From an uncultured Actinomycetes bacterium (GTDB taxonomy: Bacteria; Actinomycetota; Aquicultoria; Subteraquimicrobiales; CAMTWV01), in NCBI GenBank assembly GCA_947085535.1, contig CAMTWV010000002.1, positions 94,199-158,198 of the forward strand: a stretch of DNA of 64,000 nucleotides, written 5' to 3'. Both the position numbers and the translations under genes were made by a program. Numbering within the stretch: position 1 is the stretch's first letter; every line of letters begins with the position of its first letter. Under the pieces are notes generated by a model, which had not been told where the DNA came from, ran no database searches, and saw only the letters and a list, made by a program, of their open reading frames with translations. Shown here piece by piece: positions 16,781-26,482 of the stretch.

Positions 16781-17758
16781 TTACTCTGTTTGGGTAAGCT
16801 TTTTGGTCAAATCAATTAAAATCTCAATAGTCTTTTCTTCTTTGAAGGGCGAAGAGAATCCAGCGGCGTTAGGATGTCCCCCTCCACCAAATTTTTCAGC
16901 AATTTTAATTACGTTAAATGGACCATGCGACCTCAAGCTCACCTTTATAGTTTTGTCGGGTAGCTCTTTTAAAATAGCTGCCACTTTTGTACCATTAATA
17001 CCTCTAATAATGTCGATAAAGTTTTCTGTTTCTTCCATTTTTGCGCCTGTTTGCGCGAGGTCTTTTTGGGTGATAACTGAGTAAGCAAGTCCAATTTCAG
17101 GAAGAAAGTTTAGCTTTTGAAGAGTATGCATAAGCAACTTAACACTTTCATGGGAATAATTTTCATAGACATTTTGAAAAACAAAATTAGGGGAAACACC
17201 GTATCCTAAAAGCTCTTCTGCCATTTTAAGAGTCTTTTTTGAAGTGTTTGAATACTGGAATTTGCCTGTGTCAGTAACAAGTCCTGTATAAAGACAAAGA
17301 GCAATTGAGTGGTCAATTTCCTCATTTAAATATTTAATTAAATCAAATATCACTTCTGTTGTGGCGCTAGCTTTTCCGTCAACTATGTTTATGACGCCGA
17401 ACATTTCGTTGTCTGCGTGATGATCGATGTTGACCAAGGTAATTGCACTTTTTGCTTCTTCGATGAGATTACCCAGACGCTCAATGTTAGCACAGTCTAA
17501 AGCAATGAATACTTCAGGTTTTTTAGGGCATTCGAAGTGTGGTTTTATAAGGTTTGCTCCCGGAAGAAAGGTATATTGAGGTGGGATGCGTAAAATTGGT
17601 TCACCCCAGCTTAAACAAACTTCTTTGCCCAGATTGGAGAGAAAAAGCCCCAAACCCAACAGCGAACTGATGCCATCGCCATCAGGCTGAACATGGGTGG
17701 CAACAACAAAACTGTTTGTCTTTTGAATTAAATTTGCAAATGGTTGAAAATCATTCAT
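16781..17758 (-). CDS. nrnA: DHH/DHHA1 phosphoesterase (NrnA-like nanoRNase / pAp phosphatase)
   Basis: DGDG, DHH (NIDHHADN) and GGGHPNAAG motifs. I prefer the ATG at 17756-17758, which overlaps the rbfA stop (ATGAATGA). The ORF track's longer start at 17827 would overlap rbfA by 77 nt. Confidence 0.85.
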   Translation of the reverse strand: MNDFQPFANLIQKTNSFVVATHVQPDGDGISSLLGLGLFLSNLGKEVCLSWGEPILRIPPQYTFLPGANLIKPHFECPKKPEVFIALDCANIERLGNLIEEAKSAITLVNIDHHADNEMFGVINIVDGKASATTEVIFDLIKYLNEEIDHSIALCLYTGLVTDTGKFQYSNTSKKTLKMAEELLGYGVSPNFVFQNVYENYSHESVKLLMHTLQKLNFLPEIGLAYSVITQKDLAQTGAKMEETENFIDIIRGINGTKVAAILKELPDKTIKVSLRSHGPFNVIKIAEKFGGGGHPNAAGFSSPFKEEKTIEILIDLTKKLTQTE

Positions 17759-18107
17759 CAGGTGTTCCCTCGTGAATTTTTTTAAGTATTTCGGTAATTC
17801 TAATGCCGTACTCAATTGATTCATCAATTTTAAAAGTTAGTTCAGGGAGAAATTTAATTTGCACTCTTTTTCCCAATTCATTTCGAATATGACCTTTAGC
17901 GTGCTCTATTGCTTTAAATGTTCGCGCAATTTCCTTTTCTTTTCCCATAATACTTAAATAAACGTGGGCGTTTTTCAAGTCAGGAGAAACCTCAACGCTT
18001 GTAATGGTGACAAATCCAATACGAGGGTCTTTTAGCTCTTTCTGGAAAATAGACGATATAGTTTCTCTTAGAACTTTATTAACACGAAGAGTTCTTGGAC
18101 GTCGCAT
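17751..18107 (-). CDS. rbfA: Ribosome-binding factor A
   Basis: 118 aa. RVNKVLRETISSI...DPRIGFVTITSVEVSPDLKNAHVY signature. Confidence 0.93.
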   Translation of the reverse strand: MRRPRTLRVNKVLRETISSIFQKELKDPRIGFVTITSVEVSPDLKNAHVYLSIMGKEKEIARTFKAIEHAKGHIRNELGKRVQIKFLPELTFKIDESIEYGIRITEILKKIHEGTPDE

Positions 18108-18123
18108 ATCAGTTCCTTTCTTC

Positions 18124-18414
18124 TTAGTCAGGAGTCATGATTGAGACATTTGTTTTTAAGATGCTTACTGAATGCATTTGTTCAATAAAACGTTCAATGG
18201 TGTGAAGTGTTCTTTTTGCTTGAAAACTCGACTGGCTGATGCAAGCAATTCCTATTGTTGCTCTTTGCCAGAGGTCGTGATGGTCAACCTCATTTACTGC
18301 CGCATTAAATTGGTTTTTAACTTTATTTATGAGACTTTTAATTACCCGTCTTTTTTCTTTAAGGGAGTTGCAGCCGGGTATAAGCAAATCTAATTTCATT
18401 AAACCCACTACCAT
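18124..18414 (-). CDS. ylxP: DUF503 (YlxP-like) protein
   Basis: LDLLIPGCNSLKEKRRVIKSL pattern, at the conserved infB-ylxP-rbfA position. Start moved to the ATG at 18412-18414, with AGGAG 5 nt upstream. Confidence 0.8.
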   Translation of the reverse strand: MVVGLMKLDLLIPGCNSLKEKRRVIKSLINKVKNQFNAAVNEVDHHDLWQRATIGIACISQSSFQAKRTLHTIERFIEQMHSVSILKTNVSIMTPD

Positions 18415-18444
18415 ACAAACTCCTGATTCGATCGTAAGCAAAAC

Positions 18445-20253
18445 TTAAACGCGCGGTTTTTCAATAATTTTATATGTTTCTATGATGTCTCCCTCTTTTA
18501 CATCATTGAAATTTTCAAGTCCAATGCCACATTCGAAACCAGATTTAACCACAGAGACATCTTCTTTAAATCGTCTTAGTGAGTGAATTAAGCCGTCGTA
18601 AACAACCACGCCATCTCGAATAAGTCTTGCTTTAGCGTCTAAATTAATTTCTCCATCCTGCACAAAAGTACCTGCAATAGTTCCTACTTTAGTGATTTTA
18701 AAAATAGCTCTAACTTCTGCTCGACCAAGGAGAATCTCCTCGTATTCAGGTTTTAACAAACCAATGCGAGCGGCGTTTATATCCTCAATAACTTGATAAA
18801 TTACCCGATAAGTTCGTATGTCAACTTTTTCTTTTCGAGCAAGCTCTCGGGCTTTTGGAGCAGGGCGAACATTGAAACCGATAATTATTGCGTTTGAAGC
18901 TGCCGCGAGCATAACATCAGTTTCACTGATTGCTCCAGCACCCTGATGGATAATGTTAATTTTTACTTCGGACTGGTCTAACTTGTTAAAAGAATCTCTT
19001 AAAGCCTCTACGGAACCTTGCACATCGGCTTTAATAATAAGATTTAACTCTTGAAGTTCGCCTTCTTGAATTTTCTGGAATAAGTCTTCCAGGCTTAATT
19101 TTTTCTCCCTTCCTCCTTCAATGATTCTAAGTTTTAAGGCACGTTCTTCGGCTTTCTGTCGGGCAACTTTTTCATCGGCGACTACCTTGATTTCATCGCC
19201 TGCATGTGGAACAGATGAAAAACCAATCACTTCTACAGGCATTGATGGGGTAGCTTCCTCCACAGGGTTTCCCTGGTCATTAGTGAGAGCGCGGACTTTA
19301 CCGTTAACTACACCACTAATTATGGAGTCACCAACTTTGAGTGTTCCTTGCTGTATAAGTACTGTAGCGACAGGTCCCCTTCCTTTGTCCAACTTCGCTT
19401 CAATGACAAATCCTTTAGTTGTGGCTTTGCAGCTTGCTTTTAGTTCCTGTAATTCGGCAGTGATTAAAATCATTTCAAGGAGATCATCGATATTAGTACC
19501 AAGTTTGGCTGAGATTTCCACAAAGATGGTGTCTCCTCCCCATTCCTCAGAAACGAGACCATATTCAGTTAGTTGTTGTTTTATTTTTTCCGGGTTAGCT
19601 TCGGGCTTGTCTATTTTATTGATAGCGACAATTATTGGTACTTTTGCGGCGTGAGCATGGTCAATGGCTTCTATTGTTTGAGGCATGACTCCATCGTCAG
19701 CGGCAACAACTAAAACAGCTATATCAGTAACTTTAGCACCGCGAGCTCGCATGGCTGTGAAAGCTTCATGGCCAGGTGTATCAATGAAGGTTATTTTTTT
19801 ATTATTTTTGATAACCTGATAAGCACCAATGTGCTGAGTAATTCCACCTGCTTCGGAAGCAATGACATTTGTTTTCCGAATTCCATCTAAAAGCGAAGTT
19901 TTTCCATGGTCAACGTGACCCATAACGGTAACAACAGGAGGCCGAGGCTCTAAATCTTCCAAAGTTTCTTTAACCTCGGGTGCTGTTTCTTCTACCGGGG
20001 AAACTATTTTTAATTCATAACCTAATTCTTCAGCCAGAACATTGATTGCCTCGTTGCTTAACGGCTGATTTATGGTAACCATTTCGCCTAAAGAAATTAG
20101 CCTTTTTATTATGTCACTCGGGTTCTTTTTAACAAGTTCAGCAAAATCTTTAACTGTGGCGCCTTCTGTAACAACTAATTCACCCAAGGACTTAGGATCA
20201 TCGAGTTTATGTTTATCTTCATTTTCGCTGTCGCTAACAATCTTTTTAACCAT
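18445..20253 (-). CDS. infB: Translation initiation factor IF-2 (short N-terminus)
   Basis: 602 aa. G motifs [16 protein letters not shown] and NKID. Confidence 0.97.
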   Translation of the reverse strand: MVKKIVSDSENEDKHKLDDPKSLGELVVTEGATVKDFAELVKKNPSDIIKRLISLGEMVTINQPLSNEAINVLAEELGYELKIVSPVEETAPEVKETLEDLEPRPPVVTVMGHVDHGKTSLLDGIRKTNVIASEAGGITQHIGAYQVIKNNKKITFIDTPGHEAFTAMRARGAKVTDIAVLVVAADDGVMPQTIEAIDHAHAAKVPIIVAINKIDKPEANPEKIKQQLTEYGLVSEEWGGDTIFVEISAKLGTNIDDLLEMILITAELQELKASCKATTKGFVIEAKLDKGRGPVATVLIQQGTLKVGDSIISGVVNGKVRALTNDQGNPVEEATPSMPVEVIGFSSVPHAGDEIKVVADEKVARQKAEERALKLRIIEGGREKKLSLEDLFQKIQEGELQELNLIIKADVQGSVEALRDSFNKLDQSEVKINIIHQGAGAISETDVMLAAASNAIIIGFNVRPAPKARELARKEKVDIRTYRVIYQVIEDINAARIGLLKPEYEEILLGRAEVRAIFKITKVGTIAGTFVQDGEINLDAKARLIRDGVVVYDGLIHSLRRFKEDVSVVKSGFECGIGLENFNDVKEGDIIETYKIIEKPRV

Positions 20254-20536
20254 TTTCCATCTTCCCGGAAGATAAGATTTTTACTGCTTCTAATTCTAAC
20301 TCTTTTATTTTTTCTAGAGTTAACTTAGATTTTAGCGAATACCCCAATCTTCCTTCCTTAATAGCTTTAGCTAAACATTCTTTGTTGTAGCAAATATACA
20401 CCCCACGGCCATTTAGTTTGCCTGTGGTGTCAACCTTAATTTCGTCTGATGGTGTTCGAACAACCCTTAAAAGCTCTTTTTTAGATTTAACTGCTTTACA
20501 ACCAACGCAAGTTCTTAAAGAAATCTTCTTAGGCAT
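20246..20536 (-). CDS. ylxR: YlxR/DUF448 RNA-binding protein
   Basis: 96 aa. RTCVGCK...RGVYIC pattern, at the conserved nusA-ylxR-infB position. It overlaps both neighbours by 8 nt. Confidence 0.87.
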   Translation of the reverse strand: MPKKISLRTCVGCKAVKSKKELLRVVRTPSDEIKVDTTGKLNGRGVYICYNKECLAKAIKEGRLGYSLKSKLTLEKIKELELEAVKILSSGKMENG

Positions 20537-21650
20537 TTGATTCCTTATCTTCTAAATTTTTGTGTCTTCCGCAATATTTGCTCCCTGGTTTGGCTTTTGC
20601 TTTGCATTGCCCGCCGCTTGAAGTAATTGCCTGGCATTGCTCAGAAGAAGTTTCGGTTTTAACCTCAATCTCAACCTCTTTTACTTGAGATTCACTTTTA
20701 ATATCGATTCGCAAACCAGTTAGTTTAGCTGCTAATCTTGCATTTTGGCCTTCTTTTCCTATGGCTAAAGAGAGCTGGTTATCAGGAACAATCACAAAGG
20801 CACCATGCTCTTTCTCGTTTATTTTTACTTCTTTAACTTTAGCTGGACTTAATGAGTTAGCCACAAAGATGGGAGCGTTTTCGTTCCATTCAATAATATC
20901 AATTTTTTCGCCTCTCAGCTCACTTGTGATCATGCGAACGCGAGAACCTTTAGGTCCGACGCATGCACCTATGGGGTCGATGCTTGGGTCGCGAGAAAAT
21001 ACAGCAACTTTTGAACGATGACCAGCTTCGCGAGCAATGGCTTTAATTTCGACAAAGCCATTGTAGATTTCAGGAACTTCAAGCTCAAAAAGCCTCATTA
21101 GAAGACCCGGATGAGTTCTTGATAGAACAATCTGGGGCTCTTTAGTTGTTTTTCTTACCTCAACAATATAAGCCTTTATTCGTGTTCCGTGTTCATATTT
21201 TTCTGTTGGAATTTGTTCAGTTGGGGGCAATAAGGCTTCGACGCGACCTAAATCCACAAGGGTATAACGTTGGTCGCTTTGTTCAATGATGCCTGTTACA
21301 ACCTCGCCTTCCCTATCAATGTATTCTTCATACATTTGTTTGCGCTCGGCTTCTTTAATTTTTTGCAAAATTACTTGTTTAGCAGTCTGCGTGGCGATTC
21401 GTCCAAAACTTTCAGAAGTTACTTCAATTTCAGTAATTTTTTCTTTGCCGTTTTCTTCAATTATTTGCTGAGAAAACACCCTAATCTCTCCTGTTTCTGG
21501 ATTGATGTCAACGCGAACATCTGCCTCTGTTCTATGGTCTCTTTTGTAGGCAGCAGCCAAGGCGGCTTTAAGGGTTTCTAAAACAATTTCCCGACTAATT
21601 CGTTTTTCAGTTTCTAATTGTTTTAAGGCATCAATGAGTCTTGGGATCAT
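20529..21650 (-). CDS. nusA: Transcription termination/antitermination factor NusA with a C-terminal Cys3-His tail
   Basis: 373 aa. NTD, S1 and two KH domains (VGPKGSRV, IGKEGQNARLA). The tail is CQAITSSGGQCKAKAKPGSKYCGRH. Confidence 0.95.
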   Translation of the reverse strand: MIPRLIDALKQLETEKRISREIVLETLKAALAAAYKRDHRTEADVRVDINPETGEIRVFSQQIIEENGKEKITEIEVTSESFGRIATQTAKQVILQKIKEAERKQMYEEYIDREGEVVTGIIEQSDQRYTLVDLGRVEALLPPTEQIPTEKYEHGTRIKAYIVEVRKTTKEPQIVLSRTHPGLLMRLFELEVPEIYNGFVEIKAIAREAGHRSKVAVFSRDPSIDPIGACVGPKGSRVRMITSELRGEKIDIIEWNENAPIFVANSLSPAKVKEVKINEKEHGAFVIVPDNQLSLAIGKEGQNARLAAKLTGLRIDIKSESQVKEVEIEVKTETSSEQCQAITSSGGQCKAKAKPGSKYCGRHKNLEDKESNA

Positions 21651-21668
21651 TTTGGCTTTAGTCTCCTT

Positions 21669-22139
21669 TCAAAACTCAATATCCACTTTAAGGTGAGCTT
21701 TTAAAACAAGCTCATAAGGGATTTCATACAAGTTTTTATCACAATCAATAATAAATGCCTGGTTTCCACTGGCTTTTACAGTTCCTGTAAATTGCCGTCT
21801 TTTGTTTATAGGCTCAGCTGTTTTGACAAATATTTTAGAACCAACAAACCGTCTAAAGTCCTCTGGTTTGGTCAACGGCCTTTCGATTCCAGGCGAAGAA
21901 ACCTCTAAGTTATATGGCTCGTTAATTAAGTTATGAATATCGAGCAAAGGACTAATTATTTTACTTGCCCGACAACATACATCAAGGTTAACACCGCCTT
22001 CTCTGTCAATAAATAAACGCAAAACAAGTCCTCCCTGTGGCTCTCTTTTTAATTCGATATGTACAAGCTCGAGTGCTTCTTCGTTTAGCACAGGCGTGAT
22101 TATCTCTGTAATTTTTTCTAATATTTCCTCGTTTTTCAT
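21669..22139 (-). CDS. rimP: Ribosome maturation factor RimP
   Basis: 156 aa. LEVSSPGIERPL motif, located upstream of nusA. Confidence 0.92.
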   Translation of the reverse strand: MKNEEILEKITEIITPVLNEEALELVHIELKREPQGGLVLRLFIDREGGVNLDVCCRASKIISPLLDIHNLINEPYNLEVSSPGIERPLTKPEDFRRFVGSKIFVKTAEPINKRRQFTGTVKASGNQAFIIDCDKNLYEIPYELVLKAHLKVDIEF

Positions 22140-22157
22140 CTTACCTAACTAATGAAA

Positions 22158-22179
22158 AGAGTGGGTTTAAGCCCACTCT
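22158..22179 (-). terminator. Intrinsic-terminator-like hairpin in the rimP-nusA-infB leader (candidate attenuator)
   Basis: Perfect 8-bp stem AGAGTGGG/CCCACTCT with a 6-nt loop, followed on the minus strand by the interrupted U-tract TTTCATT. It ends 18 nt before the rimP ATG and lies downstream of a candidate promoter. Confidence 0.5.
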
Positions 22180-22203
22180 AAGTCGAGTTTAAATTTCATA
22201 TTT

Positions 22204-22232
22204 AATTTAACATAATTAAGGCAATTGTGCAA
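22204..22232 (-). promoter_or_regulatory. Putative promoter of the rimP-nusA-infB operon
   Basis: Minus strand reads TTGCAC (22227-22232), a 17-nt spacer, TAAATT (22204-22209). It sits between the GT2 gene stop and the leader hairpin. Confidence 0.35.
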
Positions 22233-22251
22233 ACAGGAACGAGTTCTAAAG

Positions 22252-22947
22252 TTATTTTGTTTTAAACAGATGGGAAAATATTTCTTTGTACATTTTGAGA
22301 CGATAAACAAATCCGTGCGGATAGCCCAACTTTTCCTCTTTCATAACGTGGGTTAAATTTTTCAAGAGTACTTCTTTTAATCTGGTTTTCTTAGTTTTTG
22401 CATGTTGGGTAAAGATTATTTCTACTGCAAAACCAGAAGAGGCAAAATCCGGGATATCCCGGACAAAATTTCGTCTGAAAGCTCTTTGTCCTGATATAAA
22501 AGGAACCATTTTTTGGGAAAGGTCGGTGCAGATTCTACCCCCTGAGAATTTACCCACTGTCATCATAAGTTTTGGGTCTTGAATTAAAGGGTCGACTAAA
22601 CTTTTAAGGTGATTGACGGTTAATCCAACAAGGTCTGCGTCAATAAAGGCAATAATATCTCCTTTAGCAGAATCGAGCCCGTCTTTTAAAGCCGCGCCTT
22701 TTCCACCGTTTTTTTCGCGGTTTATTAGTTTTACTGCAGGGTAGGTTTTTACTATTTCGGCTGTCTTATCTGTGGAACCATCGTTGACAACAATTATTTC
22801 ATCGATGAATGATGCCTTGCTGACAGTATCAAGAACTGGCTTTACATGATTTTCTTCATTGTAAGCAGGTATAATAACAGAGATTTCTGGCAAATCTTTC
22901 TTGTTAGTAAGACCTGGCAAAGTAAACCCTCTCCCCTTCTTTTTCAC
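22252..22947 (-). CDS. Family-2 glycosyltransferase (soluble, about 220-230 aa)
   Basis: ISVIIPAYNEE, VVNDGSTDKT and the DxD motif in FIDADL. The ORF-track GTG start overlaps proS by 44 nt. An alternative TTG at 22918-22920, with GGAGAGG 7 nt upstream, overlaps by 17 nt. Confidence 0.8.
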   Translation of the reverse strand: MKKKGRGFTLPGLTNKKDLPEISVIIPAYNEENHVKPVLDTVSKASFIDEIIVVNDGSTDKTAEIVKTYPAVKLINREKNGGKGAALKDGLDSAKGDIIAFIDADLVGLTVNHLKSLVDPLIQDPKLMMTVGKFSGGRICTDLSQKMVPFISGQRAFRRNFVRDIPDFASSGFAVEIIFTQHAKTKKTRLKEVLLKNLTHVMKEEKLGYPHGFVYRLKMYKEIFSHLFKTK

Positions 22948-24346
22948 ACACTACGCATTTGCCTGTGCCCTCTTTTGTGAGGGGTATGAAGCGTATAGTT
23001 GCCATAGTTTTCTCTTTAACATGAGCTTCGCAATCAGGGTTTCCACACCAGAAAGCACGGACAAATCCTTTTTTATTTGAAATGATGTTTTCTAACCCTT
23101 TAAGATTTTTCGCATCAGAAGTAAGTTCTTCCCTGAACCTCAAAGCTTTATTAAATAAATCTTTTTGGATTTCACCAAGGAGTTCTCTTACTCGTCCCGG
23201 GGCGTCCTCAAATGAAACAAACTCTTTGACTCGATTGTCTCTTCTAAATAAAACTACCTGATTTTTTTTAATGTCTTTAGGTCCAATTTCTAATCGTAAA
23301 GGTACCCCTTTAAGCTCCCATTCGTTAAATTTCCAGCCAGGGGTATACTCCTTTCGGTCATCGATTTCTACTCTTATGTCAGGAAACATTTCCTTAAGTT
23401 CGCTTAATTTAGCCGAAACGATTTCTTCATTTTCTTTCTTGCCAAAAATTGGAATAATGACTAATTGAGTCGGGGCAATTTTTGGGGGAAAAACAAGCCC
23501 AAAATCATCGCCGTGAACCATAATAACAGCGCCAATCAAACGGGTAGATACTCCCCAACTGGTTTGCCAGACATATTTTCTTTCGCCGTCCATGTCCTGA
23601 AAAGTGATATTAAACACTCGGGCGAAATGTTGACCGAGATTGTGAGAAGTACCAGCTTGAAGTGCTTTTCCGTCGCCCATTAAAGCTTCCAGGGTATAAG
23701 TTCTAAGTGCGCCAGCAAATTTTTCTTTTTCTGTTTTTTGTCCAATATAAACCGGTATAGCCAATTCGGTTTCAGCAAAGTCTTTATAGACATTGAGCAT
23801 TTTTAAAGTTTCTTCCTCTGCCTCTTCTTCAGTTCGGTGAGCTGTGTGTCCTTCTTGCCATAAAAATTCGGTTGTTCTTAAAAAAAGTCGAGTTACTTTC
23901 TCCCAGCGAACCACATTTGCCCATTGATTAATTAAGACAGGCAAGTCTCGCCAGGAATCAATCCACTTAGCATACATACTGCAAATAATTGCCTCCGATG
24001 TCGGCCTTATAGCTAATTTTTCTTCTAATTTTTCTCGGCCCGCATGAGTTACCCAGGCAACTTCTGGGGCAAATCCTTCCACATGCTCGGCTTCTTTCTC
24101 TAAAAGGCTTTCAGGAACGAAAATGGGGAAATAAGCATTCTTATGGCCTGTTTCTTTTATGCGTTTACCCAACAAAACTTGCATGTTTTCCCAGAGTGCA
24201 TAGCCAAAAGGACGAATAACCATACAACCTTTAATGGGAGCGTAATCTGCAAGCTGTGCTTTGGTAATTACATCTGTATACCAGCGAGAGTAATCCTCGC
24301 TTTTGTCAACAATGGCTTCAACAAACTTACTCTCCTCTTTTGTCAT
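22904..24346 (-). CDS. proS: Prolyl-tRNA synthetase, archaeal/eukaryote-like type (no INS editing domain)
   Basis: 480 aa. Class II motifs and a C-terminal Zn-binding-like segment CGNPDCEAH...GKCVVCEKEG. Confidence 0.94.
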   Translation of the reverse strand: MTKEESKFVEAIVDKSEDYSRWYTDVITKAQLADYAPIKGCMVIRPFGYALWENMQVLLGKRIKETGHKNAYFPIFVPESLLEKEAEHVEGFAPEVAWVTHAGREKLEEKLAIRPTSEAIICSMYAKWIDSWRDLPVLINQWANVVRWEKVTRLFLRTTEFLWQEGHTAHRTEEEAEEETLKMLNVYKDFAETELAIPVYIGQKTEKEKFAGALRTYTLEALMGDGKALQAGTSHNLGQHFARVFNITFQDMDGERKYVWQTSWGVSTRLIGAVIMVHGDDFGLVFPPKIAPTQLVIIPIFGKKENEEIVSAKLSELKEMFPDIRVEIDDRKEYTPGWKFNEWELKGVPLRLEIGPKDIKKNQVVLFRRDNRVKEFVSFEDAPGRVRELLGEIQKDLFNKALRFREELTSDAKNLKGLENIISNKKGFVRAFWCGNPDCEAHVKEKTMATIRFIPLTKEGTGKCVVCEKEGERVYFARSY

Positions 24347-24350
24347 ATCT

Positions 24351-25403
24351 TCACCTCTTTGCCACTTTTTCTATTTCAGCTAAAAGTGCTTTTATTAGCT
24401 CTTTTTCAGGCACTTTTTTAATGGCTTTTCCTCGGGCAAAAAGTACCCCGCTCCCTTTTCCGCAAGCTATTCCTATATCAGCTTCTCGTGCTTCGCCAGG
24501 TCCATTAACAATACAGCCCATAACAGCAACAGTTATAGGTGAATTATACCTTAAAAGTGCCCGTTCGACTTCTTCGGCAATCGGAATTAAATTTACTTCA
24601 CACCGACCACAGGTAGGACAAGAAATAAGAATAGGTCCCTTTATTAAATTAAGAGTTTTTAAAATTTCTTTGGCAACCAGTACTTCATTAATTGGATTAG
24701 CGGTTAGAGAAACACGAATTGTATCGCCAATTCCTTCGTAAAGCAGCATACCCAGACCAATTGCTGATTTTACTGTGCCTGAGGTAATTGTTCCAGCTTC
24801 AGTTATTCCTAAATGTAATGGGTAGTCTATTTTCTTAGCTATTGAACGGTAAGCTTTAATGGTAGTTAAAACCGATGAGGATTTAACGGAAATAACTAAA
24901 TCATAAAAGTTCAATTTTTCGCAAAAATCAATATATTCAAGTGCGCTTTCAACTAAAGCTTGAGCGAGATTTTCTTCTCTTTTTGCCCCGTATTTTTTAT
25001 GAAGAGAACCAGCGTTTACCCCGATTCTTACGGGTATCTTTTTTTCTCTGGCTTTTTCAATAATAGCTGCTACTTTAGCTTCATTCCCGATATTACCCGG
25101 ATTAATTCGTATTTTGTCAGCCCCGGCTTCAATCGCAGCAATAGCTAAACGCCAGTCAAAATGTATATCGGCAACAATTGGGATTTTTATTCTCTTTTTA
25201 ATTTCAGAAATAGCTAAGGCGGACTCTCTATCCGGAACAGCCACTCTAATTATTTCGCAACCTGCCTGCTCAAGTTCTTTTATTTGAGCTGCTGTTGCTT
25301 GAACATCAGAGGTTTTTGTGGTTGTCATGGACTGTATGGATATTGGGGCGTTATCGCCAATTGTAAGAGTGCCAACTTTTATTTCTTTTGAAAAGCGACG
25401 CAT
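24351..25403 (-). CDS. ispG: 4-hydroxy-3-methylbut-2-en-1-yl diphosphate synthase (IspG/GcpE)
   Basis: 350 aa. TIM-barrel N-terminus and C-terminal cluster cysteines (SCPTCGRC ... GCIVNGPGE). Confidence 0.95.
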   Translation of the reverse strand: MRRFSKEIKVGTLTIGDNAPISIQSMTTTKTSDVQATAAQIKELEQAGCEIIRVAVPDRESALAISEIKKRIKIPIVADIHFDWRLAIAAIEAGADKIRINPGNIGNEAKVAAIIEKAREKKIPVRIGVNAGSLHKKYGAKREENLAQALVESALEYIDFCEKLNFYDLVISVKSSSVLTTIKAYRSIAKKIDYPLHLGITEAGTITSGTVKSAIGLGMLLYEGIGDTIRVSLTANPINEVLVAKEILKTLNLIKGPILISCPTCGRCEVNLIPIAEEVERALLRYNSPITVAVMGCIVNGPGEAREADIGIACGKGSGVLFARGKAIKKVPEKELIKALLAEIEKVAKR

Positions 25404-25416
25404 TTTTCTTTCCTCG

Positions 25417-26448
25417 TTACCAGCCAGGTGAAACTTGGGGAAGTAATCTCATAATATCTGAAAATATGACATAAAGCATTAAAATTAGTAGAAGAGTCAT
25501 ACCAACAGCCTGAATGATTGCCAATTTTGATGCGTCTACAGGTTTTTTTCTTATTTTTTCGGCTAAAAATATCAAGACTATTCCTCCGTCGAGAGGCGGT
25601 ATGGGGATTAAGTTGACAATAGTTAAGTTTAAGCTGATTATCGATAAAAACATGAGAAAATCAAGAAAACTTTCTCTCGCAACCTGTGTTGCTTCTGAAA
25701 CGATTCCTATGGGTGAACGGGCTTCTTTGAAAAATGTGTCAAGTTGTTGTGTGATGAGTTTGTAAAATAATTTAAGCATTTCCTTAAAAACGGCAAATGT
25801 CCACGTTACTCCCTCTTTAATTGAACCAACTAGCCCCAAACTTCTTGTTTCGAGTTTTGTTTCAACACCTAAAAATCCAATTGAATCCTTTTCAGCAAGT
25901 GTTGTTTTAAGCGCGACTCTTTTATCATTTCTTAAAACAACAAATTCAACTTCTTTATTTGGATTGGCTCGGATAATTTTAATAATTTCACTCCATTCTG
26001 AAACCTTAGCTCCGTTAATTTCAACTATTTTGTCTCCACTTTGAAAACCAACCTTTTCGGCAGGAAAACCTTGAAGAGTATGTTTAATAGTGTTTGTGGG
26101 GTAAGGAACACCGATTAAAAAAACAGTGGTGGCTAAAAATATTGGAAGAATAAAATTCATCAATGGTCCAGCTAAAATTACGGTAATTTTTTTCCAGATG
26201 GGCTGGAGTTCAAAAAGATGTTTAGAATTTTTGCTACCTTTGGAATCAGCGAATTTCACATAACCGCCAAGAAGAAGTGCTGTGACCCCATAAGTAGTCT
26301 CTTTTCTTTTGAATTTGAAAAGCTTAGGTCCTGGTAGCCCTAACATGAATTCGTTTACTTCAATTTTCATTAGTTTCGCGGCAATAAAATGGCCAAATTC
26401 GTGAACAAAAATTAAAAGCCCAATACCTATTATTGCTATGATGACCAT
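25417..26448 (-). CDS. rseP: Site-2 protease RseP/RasP (M50)
   Basis: 343 aa. HEFGHF and NLIPIPPLDGG motifs with a PDZ insert. Confidence 0.92.
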   Translation of the reverse strand: MVIIAIIGIGLLIFVHEFGHFIAAKLMKIEVNEFMLGLPGPKLFKFKRKETTYGVTALLLGGYVKFADSKGSKNSKHLFELQPIWKKITVILAGPLMNFILPIFLATTVFLIGVPYPTNTIKHTLQGFPAEKVGFQSGDKIVEINGAKVSEWSEIIKIIRANPNKEVEFVVLRNDKRVALKTTLAEKDSIGFLGVETKLETRSLGLVGSIKEGVTWTFAVFKEMLKLFYKLITQQLDTFFKEARSPIGIVSEATQVARESFLDFLMFLSIISLNLTIVNLIPIPPLDGGIVLIFLAEKIRKKPVDASKLAIIQAVGMTLLLILMLYVIFSDIMRLLPQVSPGW

Positions 26449-26482
26449 TGATAACTCCTTTATTCAAACTTTGAATTTTGAC

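Noticed and set aside
24347-24350. T-box leader upstream of proS, as in many Firmicutes.
   Set aside because: Only 4 nt separate ispG from proS, so there is no room for a leader. proS is evidently transcribed within the rseP-ispG-proS unit.
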